Below are positions 9,547 to 19,515 of a stretch of 64,000 nucleotides of DNA, piece by piece (within the stretch, counting starts at the first letter, position 1; every line of letters starts with the position of its first letter). The translations under genes and the position numbers were made by a program. This DNA is from a virus (lineage: Duplodnaviria > Caudoviricetes). The notes beneath the pieces were generated by a model. It was not told the origin of the DNA and made no database searches. It worked only from the letters and a program-made list of their open reading frames with translations. The DNA is taken from the IMG/VR virus record IMGVR_UViG_3300033121_001133, positions 64,001-128,000 of that record; one strand, given 5' to 3'.

Positions 9547-12500
9547 ATGGCGGATAAGGAGCAACCACAAGATCCGAATAAGAAGCCGATTCGAGAGGTA
9601 GGGGCTGAGCTGGGTGCGGACTTATCTAGGGCAATGGTCGCTGCCATAAACAAGACCATCGCAGCAACCAAGTTCAACAGCCTCAACAAAGCCCTAATCA
9701 AAGGGCTTGGCACCATTGATGTGTCGAAGGCTCTTGATTTTAGTGGGGTAGAGAAGGCTATGATAGCCGCTCTAAAGGTTGACATGACTGCAGTTGGCGG
9801 TAGCATCAAGGATGCCATCAAGTCTCAGGGACCAATAAACGCTTCGGATCTAATTGATCTATCCGGTCTCCAAGAAGCCGCCCGCAGCGCAGCGAGGGTA
9901 CCCAAGCCACCCACTCCAGATAGGACCTTATCGGGATCTGTGGGGGAGGACTTTAGTGATGCTCTAGTCGATCAGCAACTTCTGGTTCAGCGAGAGTTTT
10001 TAAGCCTGCAGAATGATGTTAAGGCTACCTGGGATCAAATTAGCCAAAAGGTGCAAGCCTATGGTTCCCTATTAGAGGAGTCAGAAGGGCATCAGCTGAA
10101 GACTATCACCAGTTTGAATCGAATTCATGACCTGTCAACCAGGTTAGGTAAGAGTCTGGAGCAGCAGGAGGTTCGTGAGAGGTTGGTAAAACTGAGTCGT
10201 GCCGAACAACTGGCAATATACACTTCAGCGATTAAGCTACAGCGGCAGGAGTGGAGTATGGCTGAGAACTTAGGTGACCTCTACGAGCAAAGGTTGCAGT
10301 TGCAGAATAGGTTTAAGACTGGTCTGACAGGAGCATTTGCTTTACAGGCGACCGAGCTTGGCCTGTTAAAAAGAAAGGGCATCCTAACAGAGGCCGAGTT
10401 TCAAAATGCTCTGAGGCAGCTGAAGACTCAGCAGCAGATCCAGCAGGAGGGGCAGAAGGGATTAGATAAATTGGAGGCTCGAATTGTACGAGAAAGGGAG
10501 CTGAAGGATCTGATTAAGGAGTATAATGCACAGAGTGAGATACGTGAGAAGTTAGGTTCTCATCAGCATCATCTAAGCGAGCAACTTGTTCAGCAGGGTA
10601 TGCAGTATGAGGGTGTACAGAAGGACATTGCAGCTATGCTGGAGCAGGAGGATCAGACTACAGCTGACTTGCTGCTGAAGAAGGTAATGGTTGGTACCGG
10701 GTTAAAGGACCAATATGCTCAGCTACTTACTACCCTAATGCTGGAAAAGCAGATTACTAATCTGCAAGATCCTCGAGTTGCCTCTCTAGTACGGGAGATG
10801 AAGCATAGGCAGCATATCAATGAGCATCTGCAACATCAGGTTGAACTAGAGGAGTCAATGGCTCATTGGCAACTGGAACTGTTGGAAGAACTAGAGGAGT
10901 ATGGTAAGGGTTGGGAGAAGTTGAAGAGTAGGGTGTTAGCGGTCGTTTCTGATCCCAAGTTGCTAAAGAGCTTCCTGACAGTTAAGGGCCTTGAGGCTAT
11001 AAAGGAGAGTCTTGAGGAGACTAAGGAGATTTTCGGTGAGTTCCGCAGCGAAGGTCTGACCTTTGCTCAATCTTTCCATGAAACACAAGTTGCTCTAGGA
11101 TCCATGTTCAGTCTGAGCGGTGCCTCAATGGAGGAGGCCGCTCATATTCAAGGTGCGTTGGTTAAGGAGATGGGTAGCATGGACAACGTGACTAAGGATA
11201 CTGTGGTCAGTGTTGGTAAGCTATCCAAGACTCTAGGGATAAGTGCACAGATGGCAGGACAATTGCAGGGTCAGTTGGCCAGCATGCCATTAGCTACAGC
11301 AGAATCAGCCACAGATACGCTAGAATTTGCAGGTGCCTTGGCCAAAGCAGCTCACGTCGCACCAGGTGCGGTGATGGAGGATATTGCACACAATGCAGAG
11401 GCTACAGCGACCTTCTCTAAAGACGGAAGTAAGAACATCGCAATTGCTGCTGTAGCTGCAAAGAAGCTTGGTGTTGAGTTTGGGTCAATCGTTAAAATGG
11501 CCGATGGACTGTTGAATTTTGAGAACTCGATCAACAAGCAGCTAGAAGCTAGCGTCCTACTAGGCAGAGAGATCAACCTCGATAGAGCTCGCGAACTAGC
11601 CTTGAATGGGGATTTGGTAGGAGCTACTCAAGAAATGCTCGCCAACGTGGGAGGAGAAGCAGAATTCAACCGAATGAATGTGCTTCAAAGAAAGGCTCTG
11701 GCAGATTCAATGGGGGTTTCGGTGCAGGAGCTGTCTAAGATGGTTAAAAACCAGGACAAGCTCAACACATTGACAGAGGATCAGCAGAAGGCCTTGGCCG
11801 AAGGTTCCATGACCTGGGATGAGATCCTAGGTAATGCCCAAGGTGTGGGATCCCGCCTATGGGAGGGAGCCAGTGCCGCTGGAGCTTTGCTGATCAATGT
11901 TCAGGCAATTGGATCTGGTTTGAAAGCATCTGTTGACACAGCCAAGGATATGTGGGCTGGTTTCAAAGAGGGTGCTGGATTGCTTGGTAAGTTGAAGGGC
12001 GCTGTTTCTGGAGCATTTGGCAACACCCCAGAGGTAACCACCCCAGCCAAGAGTATGGAGGGCGTTTCTAAGACAGCCGAGCATACAGCTAAGCTAGGAA
12101 AGGCTGCAGAACAAGGACCAAAAGCTAAATCTGGTCAGGGAGTTAGAGATTTCCTGACCAACCTATCAGCTGGATTGAGGTCTATGGCTGGTGGAGATGT
12201 ACTATTTGGAGCAGCGAACATGATACCAGCTTCTGTAGGTTTGACTGCAATGATCCCAGGTGCTGTTGGAGCTAAGGTATTGGAGATGATTAAGGGGGAG
12301 AAGCTGCAACAAGCCTTGCAAGGATTGGCAACAGGACTGGAGGCAATGAGTAAGGGTAAAGTTGCTCTAGGATCTCTAGTACTACTACCAACCGCACTAG
12401 GATTCGCAGCAATGACTGCAGGAGCTATAGGCTTGGGTGCAGTAGCTCTACTAGGTGCACCAGCTGGATTAGGCCTATCGGCTATATCTACAGGTCTATC

Positions 12501-13362
12501 GGCTCTAGGATCGTCAGGAGCCTTAAAGGGGGTATTGGTATTGGGTTTGATGGGCGCAGCTCTAATTCCAGCTGCATACGCATTCTCACTGTTGAAGGAG
12601 GTGGACGTCGATAAGATGGTTGCTTTCAGCATCGCACTACCTCTGCTAGGATTAGCTGCAGCTGGATTAGGAGCACTTTCCGTTCTAATACTGATGGGCG
12701 CTGTCTCAATAGGAGCGATTGGAGCGTCAATGATTGCGGTTGCTGTTGCGATGATGTTGTTTGAGAAGGCTGAGGGTGGCATCAACGTTCTACGTCAATT
12801 TACCTCCTCCTTGATAGCGGACGCTGCAGCCATACCTCTGATGGGTATGCTAGGAGCTGGTCTGGCTGCGCTTGGAGTTAGTGCGTTATTGGCCGCGCCA
12901 GGCCTTGGATTGCTGAGCTTGGTGCTACCGGGACTTGCCGGATCCGTAGCATTGCTGGGATCCTCCTTCATGGTACTACAGAGTGGTGTAAGTCCGGTCA
13001 TCGATCAGTTGACTTCACTAGTCAGCTTAACTCCAGGCCTGTATGGTGTAGGAGGTGGATTGATGAGCATTGCAGCTGGACTGAGTGCCGTAGCCGCAGC
13101 AGGCTTACTAGCGCTTCCAGCTTTGGTTGGCATTGACAGCATAGCTGATACCTTTATAGGTCTAGGTGGATCAACAGGAGGTGGGTCAAGCACACAATCC
13201 ACCGAAGTTGATACTGAGGCCGTAGAACAGAAGCTAGACCTACTTATCCAGGAGGTACGCACCCTGGTTGAAGTTGCCTCTAAGGGAGGTGTGGTTAATT
13301 TGGATGGCCGAAGAGTGGGTGATGTGCTGCGGTTAGGACTAAACTCTAGTGGAATGAGATAG
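9547..13362 (+). CDS. Tape measure protein
   Basis: 1271 aa helical/coiled-coil protein with an LL.FE.SI..QLEASVLLG.EINL..AR motif and a long hydrophobic Ala/Gly/Leu C-terminal region; located after the chaperones. Confidence 0.85.
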   Translation: MADKEQPQDPNKKPIREVGAELGADLSRAMVAAINKTIAATKFNSLNKALIKGLGTIDVSKALDFSGVEKAMIAALKVDMTAVGGSIKDAIKSQGPINASDLIDLSGLQEAARSAARVPKPPTPDRTLSGSVGEDFSDALVDQQLLVQREFLSLQNDVKATWDQISQKVQAYGSLLEESEGHQLKTITSLNRIHDLSTRLGKSLEQQEVRERLVKLSRAEQLAIYTSAIKLQRQEWSMAENLGDLYEQRLQLQNRFKTGLTGAFALQATELGLLKRKGILTEAEFQNALRQLKTQQQIQQEGQKGLDKLEARIVRERELKDLIKEYNAQSEIREKLGSHQHHLSEQLVQQGMQYEGVQKDIAAMLEQEDQTTADLLLKKVMVGTGLKDQYAQLLTTLMLEKQITNLQDPRVASLVREMKHRQHINEHLQHQVELEESMAHWQLELLEELEEYGKGWEKLKSRVLAVVSDPKLLKSFLTVKGLEAIKESLEETKEIFGEFRSEGLTFAQSFHETQVALGSMFSLSGASMEEAAHIQGALVKEMGSMDNVTKDTVVSVGKLSKTLGISAQMAGQLQGQLASMPLATAESATDTLEFAGALAKAAHVAPGAVMEDIAHNAEATATFSKDGSKNIAIAAVAAKKLGVEFGSIVKMADGLLNFENSINKQLEASVLLGREINLDRARELALNGDLVGATQEMLANVGGEAEFNRMNVLQRKALADSMGVSVQELSKMVKNQDKLNTLTEDQQKALAEGSMTWDEILGNAQGVGSRLWEGASAAGALLINVQAIGSGLKASVDTAKDMWAGFKEGAGLLGKLKGAVSGAFGNTPEVTTPAKSMEGVSKTAEHTAKLGKAAEQGPKAKSGQGVRDFLTNLSAGLRSMAGGDVLFGAANMIPASVGLTAMIPGAVGAKVLEMIKGEKLQQALQGLATGLEAMSKGKVALGSLVLLPTALGFAAMTAGAIGLGAVALLGAPAGLGLSAISTGLSALGSSGALKGVLVLGLMGAALIPAAYAFSLLKEVDVDKMVAFSIALPLLGLAAAGLGALSVLILMGAVSIGAIGASMIAVAVAMMLFEKAEGGINVLRQFTSSLIADAAAIPLMGMLGAGLAALGVSALLAAPGLGLLSLVLPGLAGSVALLGSSFMVLQSGVSPVIDQLTSLVSLTPGLYGVGGGLMSIAAGLSAVAAAGLLALPALVGIDSIADTFIGLGGSTGGGSSTQSTEVDTEAVEQKLDLLIQEVRTLVEVASKGGVVNLDGRRVGDVLRLGLNSSGMR

Positions 13363-13363
13363 A

Positions 13364-14554
13364 ATGCCAGATCAGCAAATACCATATTCACCTCAGCCGT
13401 TCGATTTCCGGCCGGAGTTTACCACCCCAGTACTAAATGTGTTGAGGTATCAGGCTGATGCTTTACTGGCGCTAACCCTTCCTAAGGTTAAACATGGTAC
13501 GGCAGAGCTAATACCGCCTACCTACGCTCAGAATTTCCAATCTGATCAGGGAACAGTGCTAGCATTAAAGCCGTTGATCGGTAGCACAGCATTCTTTCAA
13601 ACGGGTCAGACTCAGATATCTGGTAGAACGTCCTCAATTCAGCTTCTTAGTCCAAAGGCGTCAAAGTCGAGGTGGTCAAGTGCTGGTGGATCTGTCTATC
13701 CGATTGACTACAAGCCTAGCGGTCAGTATGACTCTGAGGGTCGTTCTATTCTCGATAGCTTGAGTGGGGCAGGACGAGGTGGTCAAGATACCAGCCCTCA
13801 GTCAGCAGCGTTGGAAGCCAACACAATAGGTAGATTCAAGCCAATTGGAGATGTAGGCTCTATTGGGCGATATCGCACACTATCCTATGCGGAGCTGCAG
13901 CGCGCCCCCCGTGCAACAGTTAATCCTATAATACACACTGGCACTGTTCAAACTCGTGGAGTTTCTGATGTAGGGCTTGATAAGGACTTTGTTGATCTAG
14001 TCATCAACAACATTCGATTTAGAGCTTACTTAACCAGCTTCACCGACACTTTCAATCCTCAGTGGACTGACTTACAGTATATTGGACGTCAAGACGTTCT
14101 CAAGGTGTTTCGCGGGGTGTCTCGTACAGTGTCTCTAGGCTTTAAGACTGCTGCATTTACTAAGGGGGATCTCAAACTAATGTATAGTAAGATCAACGAT
14201 CTAATCAACACAAGTGTTGTAGGTAAGATTGACCCTCTATTTGTTAGATCCCCATTCAGCCAGATAACTCTAGGCAACTGGTTTATCAAAACCCCTTGTG
14301 CGATCACCAGCATTAAGATAGACAGCCAGCCTTCGGAGTATTCCTGGGATGTAGGGGATGTGCGCAGTAGAGGAGGATCCCTAGGTGAGGCACCCCTACC
14401 AAGCTCAGCCGGCTTAGAGGACGATCAGGCTAATTCCAAACAGATGCCTATGATCTTGGATATAGCGATGGAGTTGGCTATATTAGGGGATGCTAATGGA
14501 AGAGTGTTGGGTGATACCACTAACAATATGTTCAGCGGAATACAACAGCTATGA
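13364..14554 (+). CDS. Baseplate / tail-tube initiator protein
   Basis: FRAYLT.F.DTF...W....YIGR....F.G.SR...L.F tube-like domain; follows the tape measure gene. Confidence 0.65.
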   Translation: MPDQQIPYSPQPFDFRPEFTTPVLNVLRYQADALLALTLPKVKHGTAELIPPTYAQNFQSDQGTVLALKPLIGSTAFFQTGQTQISGRTSSIQLLSPKASKSRWSSAGGSVYPIDYKPSGQYDSEGRSILDSLSGAGRGGQDTSPQSAALEANTIGRFKPIGDVGSIGRYRTLSYAELQRAPRATVNPIIHTGTVQTRGVSDVGLDKDFVDLVINNIRFRAYLTSFTDTFNPQWTDLQYIGRQDVLKVFRGVSRTVSLGFKTAAFTKGDLKLMYSKINDLINTSVVGKIDPLFVRSPFSQITLGNWFIKTPCAITSIKIDSQPSEYSWDVGDVRSRGGSLGEAPLPSSAGLEDDQANSKQMPMILDIAMELAILGDANGRVLGDTTNNMFSGIQQL

Positions 14555-14850
14555 ACCGATATCAGGGAGTAAAAACCAAGCGAGATGGTCAGGGTAGAGT
14601 CCTCCTGAAGACGGTGATTTATCCTGATATCCCAAGGACCTCGGAGGATCTCTGGGTTCAGACTGATTCTGGAGATAGGTTGGACTTGTTAGCTCATCAA
14701 TACTACGGAAACGCTCACTACTGGTGGATATTAGCTCAGGCAAATGGCTTGGGTAAGGGAACCTTAGCAATCGAACCTGGGACCCAACTACGCATTCCCG
14801 CTAACCTTGCTGGGATACTAGAGCAGCATAGAAGGGATAATCAACAATAG
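14551..14850 (+). CDS. LysM-like baseplate wedge protein (gp53 / tail X-like)
   Basis: GDRLDLLA.QYYG....WWI.A.AN...G..LRIP. Confidence 0.85.
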   Translation: MNRYQGVKTKRDGQGRVLLKTVIYPDIPRTSEDLWVQTDSGDRLDLLAHQYYGNAHYWWILAQANGLGKGTLAIEPGTQLRIPANLAGILEQHRRDNQQ

Positions 14851-14852
14851 CC

Positions 14853-16814
14853 GTGAGCAGTTACTTTGATCTTAAGCCCGTACCTGAAGGTACTAGACGA
14901 GAGCTTGCTAATCGGATTGGTGCAGCAGGAACAGCGTGGAATGCCACCAAGTTCCCGTGGGTGCATCTTCAAAGCATGTCTTCGGCTGGTCAATATCGAA
15001 TACTGAAGAGCTACGATACTGGCCCGATCAACTCAGTACTATATGAGGCCAATACTCGCCTTAAGCCTATAATAACTTCCGTTAAGGTTAAGAAGCAGGG
15101 GGAGCTTGGTACTACTCGTAGATTTCAAGTCACTGTATTAGCATTTACAGATGAACAGTTGGGTGAACTGCAGCAGTCGTACTTCATACCTGGAATGTCT
15201 GTAAGAGTGCAGTTTGGATGGTCTCGTTCAGCTACCAACCAACCCGCCCCTGCACCATATGAGGATCAAGGGGCTTCTGAGCCTGTAGCTGCTTGTCAGA
15301 TGTTGGCTAAGGCTCAGGCTAGTCCTATCTACGAGGGTTTGCAGGGTACTGTGGCGAATTTCACATACACCCTAACAGCAGATAACTACTGGGAGTGTAC
15401 GGTTGAGGCAGTTAGTGCAGCTGAACCTGTACTTGGCACAAAGCTAACTAATAGTTGCTGTCCCTGCTCCCGCACTGAGAAGACAGCCGAGGGTGATTCT
15501 GTAGTAGTGCAGAAGCCAGTACTACACACATTCTTCTCAGACATTGCCACCAACTTTGCTAATCTAGACGCCTACAAGAGTCGGATTGATGGTCCTACCT
15601 CATTCTTTGGATTTTACAGCTATGAGGGGGAGATACGTAACCCAAATGGCACAGCTCCTACCATCACCGGTGGATTTGGTCAGGCCTGGAAAGCCCTTGT
15701 CAATAAAGTTGCAGAAGAAGCTCAAGAGACCTTTATATCATTTGGAGCGCTAGAGAAGGCTATTGCCGCATACGCCCTTCCCTCTACAGGAGGTGAAAAC
15801 ACCTTAGGTGTACTCGATAGCAGTAACATCATGATCCGGTACCATCCGGATCTGGAATCTGCTGATCCTCGTGTATGTTTGATTGGAGGTACGAAGAGGG
15901 TTCACAGAATACACAAGCTAGTTAAAGGGTCATCCTTGCCAAATGCCATTGATGGGGATAGAGTTAAGCTCTCTCACATCATGCTTAATACTGTGTTCTT
16001 AGCTACGGCTTTTAACACAGCAGGGGACGATCTGAGATCCTTCCTTCAGTATGTGATAGACGGAGTTAATAACGCGTGTGGTAGTTTATGGGAGTTCTCA
16101 GTAGTCAGTACTACTGAGACGGGTTGTGGAACAGAGGCTAGAAAGCAGGTTCCAACCGTGTCTATAACAGACAGTAAGATTGATACAGTGCCAGCACCTT
16201 ATGTAGTACCTTCAAGGCCCTCCAATTCAGTGGTTCGCGATCTTAGGTTGGAGATGAAGATGACTGATGCCATGAAGACTCAGGCGCTCTATTCCAATAG
16301 AACTGGTACATCAGGCAAGCCCTGCTCCAAAGGAGATCACTGCGCAGGAGTAACTCTGAAACCGTTTGGTCTAACTGATGCCGTTACAATCCGTAATACT
16401 GCAGTTGAACCTGTTAACAAGACCGAGCAAGCCTGCGATTGTGCTCAAGTTAAGGATCCAAGCATTGTGTCTGACAAGAAGCTGACTCTGGATGATGCTT
16501 TTGGGTCAGACGGTCTAGCTGAGATGGTGACTAGCGACACGGTACAGAGTGCAATTACCTTACTGGTAGAAGCCTATCGTGGTCCTCAAGTGGAGGAAAA
16601 GGATAGGTGCAAGTATGTTAGTCTCCCTTTGGAGATGAGCTTTACAGTTGATGGAGTTGGTGGTTTTAGGTTTGGTCAGATAGTTAGTTGTGATAGGTTA
16701 CCACCTAACATATCGGATGAGTTCATATACCAGATTACTGCTGTTGAGCATGAGCTGACTAATCAAGACTGGACAACCACAGTAACTACCATCGCAAGGT
16801 GGAATCCAAGATAG
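14853..16814 (+). CDS. Baseplate hub-like protein
   Basis: PGMS..VQFGWS and C-terminal G..G...G......LP....YQIT.V.H.....W.T motifs; follows the LysM gene. Confidence 0.6.
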   Translation: MSSYFDLKPVPEGTRRELANRIGAAGTAWNATKFPWVHLQSMSSAGQYRILKSYDTGPINSVLYEANTRLKPIITSVKVKKQGELGTTRRFQVTVLAFTDEQLGELQQSYFIPGMSVRVQFGWSRSATNQPAPAPYEDQGASEPVAACQMLAKAQASPIYEGLQGTVANFTYTLTADNYWECTVEAVSAAEPVLGTKLTNSCCPCSRTEKTAEGDSVVVQKPVLHTFFSDIATNFANLDAYKSRIDGPTSFFGFYSYEGEIRNPNGTAPTITGGFGQAWKALVNKVAEEAQETFISFGALEKAIAAYALPSTGGENTLGVLDSSNIMIRYHPDLESADPRVCLIGGTKRVHRIHKLVKGSSLPNAIDGDRVKLSHIMLNTVFLATAFNTAGDDLRSFLQYVIDGVNNACGSLWEFSVVSTTETGCGTEARKQVPTVSITDSKIDTVPAPYVVPSRPSNSVVRDLRLEMKMTDAMKTQALYSNRTGTSGKPCSKGDHCAGVTLKPFGLTDAVTIRNTAVEPVNKTEQACDCAQVKDPSIVSDKKLTLDDAFGSDGLAEMVTSDTVQSAITLLVEAYRGPQVEEKDRCKYVSLPLEMSFTVDGVGGFRFGQIVSCDRLPPNISDEFIYQITAVEHELTNQDWTTTVTTIARWNPR

Positions 16815-16815
16815 T

Positions 16816-17496
16816 ATGGCAACCAATAAGACCCGCATAAATGGCCTATCACCTAGAGCACAGGACGGGCTCTATCTGCATACTAAAGGAGGAGAGTTTA
16901 GTCTTAACGGTGAGAATTACGTCGGAGAGTATCATCGAGTAGGAGACCAAATACAAACCGGACCTACTCCCTCAAAGAGTGCACAAACTCTAAGGCGTCT
17001 ATATACCCACGGCGATCATTTTGTCTACGACGGCTTATTTCAATTTGAGGTTAGGGCGTTAACGTTCAAAGATCCGGTTCCATACGTCCTAGTTCCAGCT
17101 GAGGTAGATTACGTTAGAGGGTTTCGCCAACGCTACTTCGTTCAAAAGCGGCATACCTTAGATGCCTACCCGATTGAGATAGACCTTCCCCAGTATGAGA
17201 GGTTAGGTAGACAGGATGGTATTGATAATGGGCTGTATGCATACTGCAGTGTAGAGTGGAGGTTGGTAGGCACAAGAGACTCAATAGAGCAGTTTAACCG
17301 ATTGCAACTACTTCAAGGATCTAAAGTTGTGGTAGGGCTACCATACGCTGTTCGCAGTTTGTCTGAGTTTGGTCGTTTCACTGACCTCCCCAATCCCCTA
17401 TTGGATTCGGGTACAGTTAAAGTGCAGCTGGATTTACCAAACCTGGAAGACGTTAGGAGGTCAATTAGGCAGCACTACCTGCGAGATGTTGGTTAG
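16816..17496 (+). CDS. Hypothetical structural-module protein
   Basis: L.T.GGEF....Y.G.YH and DY.RG...RYF motifs; last gene of the structural operon. Confidence 0.5.
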   Translation: MATNKTRINGLSPRAQDGLYLHTKGGEFSLNGENYVGEYHRVGDQIQTGPTPSKSAQTLRRLYTHGDHFVYDGLFQFEVRALTFKDPVPYVLVPAEVDYVRGFRQRYFVQKRHTLDAYPIEIDLPQYERLGRQDGIDNGLYAYCSVEWRLVGTRDSIEQFNRLQLLQGSKVVVGLPYAVRSLSEFGRFTDLPNPLLDSGTVKVQLDLPNLEDVRRSIRQHYLRDVG

Positions 17497-17517
17497 AGCT
17501 TGATTTCGCCTTATAGT
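17489..17517 (+). promoter_or_regulatory. Sigma70-like promoter TTGGTT-N17-TATAGT, near-leaderless
   Basis: -35 at 17489-17494, -10 at 17512-17517, ATG at 17523. Confidence 0.65.
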
Positions 17518-17522
17518 AGGGC

Positions 17523-18854
17523 ATGATCTTGGATCACCCTACGCAGTTAACTCAGTTCAGAGGAAGGACTGTATTCTTGTACCCGGTGTATGGGGATCCA
17601 ACGGTGCACCATAGGGAAGTTAGTCTATTAGCGGTAGTCCTCGTCGACGTGAACACCAAAGAGAGCTTCAGCCTAAGTTTCGCCCATCCAGATGGCTTAT
17701 ACCACCATCCGTTAGATCTAAACTTCCTAAACAACAGCGTGGTATACGCCTACGACAAAGACACACTGTGGCATAAGCGACTAGATAAGCCTGAATTGAT
17801 CGACGTGCAGGCTCAGTACTACCTGTACAGTAATCAGGCGTGCAACTTTGAAACTCCACCAATAGTCAGCTATTACGATAGACTATATCCTGCGTGCGGA
17901 TCAATTGGATCCTTGGTTAGTCTGATCAAGCATGAGGAGATCGCTCGCGAGCTGTGTCAGGACACCTTGGTTCGTGATATTCAGCCTGGTCTAAGTTTCT
18001 ATCAAACCACCCTACTACCAGCTTTACGGCAGATTGAGTCAGCTGGCTTGCAAGTGGATCGAGAGTTGTTCAAGCAGCGATTCGATTTGGATTGCCGGCA
18101 AGGAGTCACTTACACTCAATACAATCCGTATACTACCACCGGCCGGCCGAGTAATCGATTCGCTGGAGTTAATTACGCTGCCTTGAACAAGGAGGATGGC
18201 AGTCGTGACTGCTTTATTAGTCGATTCGGAAATCAGGGCAGACTGGTTGAGATTGACTTCAACGCCTACCACCCTAGGTTAATTGGATCACTGGTAGGCT
18301 ACCAGTTTGGAGTAGACAGTGCCTATAGGCAACTGGCTATCAACTACTATGGCAGCAATCCCTCAGCGGATCAGATTGCTGAGATGAAGGAGGCCACCTT
18401 CAGGCAGGTGTATGGGGGAGTGCAGCAGCAGTATCTATCAATTCCGTTTTTCTACGCAGCTGATCAATTATCTAGACACCTATGGGAGCAGTTTGATAGG
18501 TCAGGGTACATAGAGAGTCCAATCTCTGGCCGACATCTACGCAAAAGCTCCTACACAGACATCGACCGAACCCTACTATTCAACTACTTCATTCAGATGT
18601 ATGAGACGGAGGCTAACATGCTCATTCTAAGCAAGCTACTCCCCCTAATACAGCCCATGCAAACCGAGGCTGTATTGTATACCTACGATAGCATACTGTT
18701 TGACGTTCCGAGGCAAGAGCTTCCGGAGCTTGTAGGTAAGATTTTACCACAATGCATTGATCTGCAGACCTTCCCAATCAAAGTCAAGACCGGTGAAAAT
18801 TATGGTAGTATGGAGGTTTACAACCCCAGTACCCTATTTATAGCAAATACATAG
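17523..18854 (+). CDS. Atypical short family-A polymerase-like protein
   Basis: TTTGRPSN, motif A EIDFNAYHPRL, motif B KEATFRQVYG, motif C YTYDSILFD; no recognisable exonuclease catalytic motifs. Confidence 0.75.
   Translation: MILDHPTQLTQFRGRTVFLYPVYGDPTVHHREVSLLAVVLVDVNTKESFSLSFAHPDGLYHHPLDLNFLNNSVVYAYDKDTLWHKRLDKPELIDVQAQYYLYSNQACNFETPPIVSYYDRLYPACGSIGSLVSLIKHEEIARELCQDTLVRDIQPGLSFYQTTLLPALRQIESAGLQVDRELFKQRFDLDCRQGVTYTQYNPYTTTGRPSNRFAGVNYAALNKEDGSRDCFISRFGNQGRLVEIDFNAYHPRLIGSLVGYQFGVDSAYRQLAINYYGSNPSADQIAEMKEATFRQVYGGVQQQYLSIPFFYAADQLSRHLWEQFDRSGYIESPISGRHLRKSSYTDIDRTLLFNYFIQMYETEANMLILSKLLPLIQPMQTEAVLYTYDSILFDVPRQELPELVGKILPQCIDLQTFPIKVKTGENYGSMEVYNPSTLFIANT
18834..18843 (+). promoter_or_regulatory. 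Late-type promoter motif CTATTTATAG
   Basis: Exact match to the 4697 motif; upstream of ATG 18860. Confidence 0.6.
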
Positions 18855-18859
18855 TTCCT

Positions 18860-19072
18860 ATGGGAAAGAGGGATAAGATGCAGTTACTTCGTAAACTCAT
18901 ACGAAAGGAGGTACTGGCATATCTTGAGGAGCAGCAAAAGCTGCAAGAGATGACTGCCGATGAGAAGAAGGCCCAAGTAAAGGCTGATCAAGCTAACCTC
19001 GCAGCTCGCAAAGCTGCTCTAGATGCAGCTCAAAAGAAACTGAGAGACACCCAAGCTGCTACCACAGATTAG
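18860..19072 (+). CDS. Small helical protein with LIRKE/LQE leader, putative internal head protein
   Basis: LLRKLIRKEV...LQEM; preceded by the late motif. Confidence 0.55.
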   Translation: MGKRDKMQLLRKLIRKEVLAYLEEQQKLQEMTADEKKAQVKADQANLAARKAALDAAQKKLRDTQAATTD

Positions 19073-19074
19073 GA

Positions 19075-19452
19075 ATGAGGTCCCAGTTACTCTGTACATT
19101 CACACACGCCGATCGACTGACCCGATGCATCGATGCTATCGCTGCGTTTTATAGTAGCGGTGTTGCAGATATGGAATGTTATGAGTATGTTCATCAACCA
19201 GACAGCATTGTCTGCATCTACAGCATATCACCATCCTCTAAGAGATTTAGAGATACAATATCAATCAACCAAAAAAGAGAAACGAGCACTTTCTACAGCA
19301 TCAATGCACTCAATGGTCTAATTCGACAACTAAACAGTGGTATCCTCGACCGGTCTTACCGTATCAACTGGCACAACTATGAGAATAGTCTCCTGCTGGC
19401 GGACGGCGATTACGGGTATAAAGCCATCCAAATATCTCGATTGACCCAGTAG
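19075..19452 (+). CDS. Hypothetical protein upstream of SSB
   Basis: QLLCTF...TISI..K.ET.T.YSINALN...NSG.LD..Y.I.W; clean ORF in operon. Confidence 0.6.
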   Translation: MRSQLLCTFTHADRLTRCIDAIAAFYSSGVADMECYEYVHQPDSIVCIYSISPSSKRFRDTISINQKRETSTFYSINALNGLIRQLNSGILDRSYRINWHNYENSLLLADGDYGYKAIQISRLTQ

Positions 19453-19454
19453 TG

Positions 19455-19484
19455 TTGCAAAGCTCCGTAGAGAGTTCGTATGTT
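19455..19484 (+). promoter_or_regulatory. Sigma70-like promoter TTGCAA-N18-TATGTT
   Basis: Intergenic, upstream of SSB; same class as 17489. Confidence 0.55.
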
Positions 19485-19515
19485 TAATTCAAGTCAAACA
19501 CAAAAACAGTAAGTC

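Noticed and set aside
11352-13391. Long minus-strand ORFs (up to 216 aa) opposite the tape measure gene
   Set aside because: Shadow ORFs caused by Ala/Gly/Leu codon bias; no motifs, and the window is uniformly + strand.
17523-18854. Short PolA as a pseudogene or half of a split polymerase
   Set aside because: The ORF is intact with its own promoter and motifs A, B and C; the other PolA is complete on its own.
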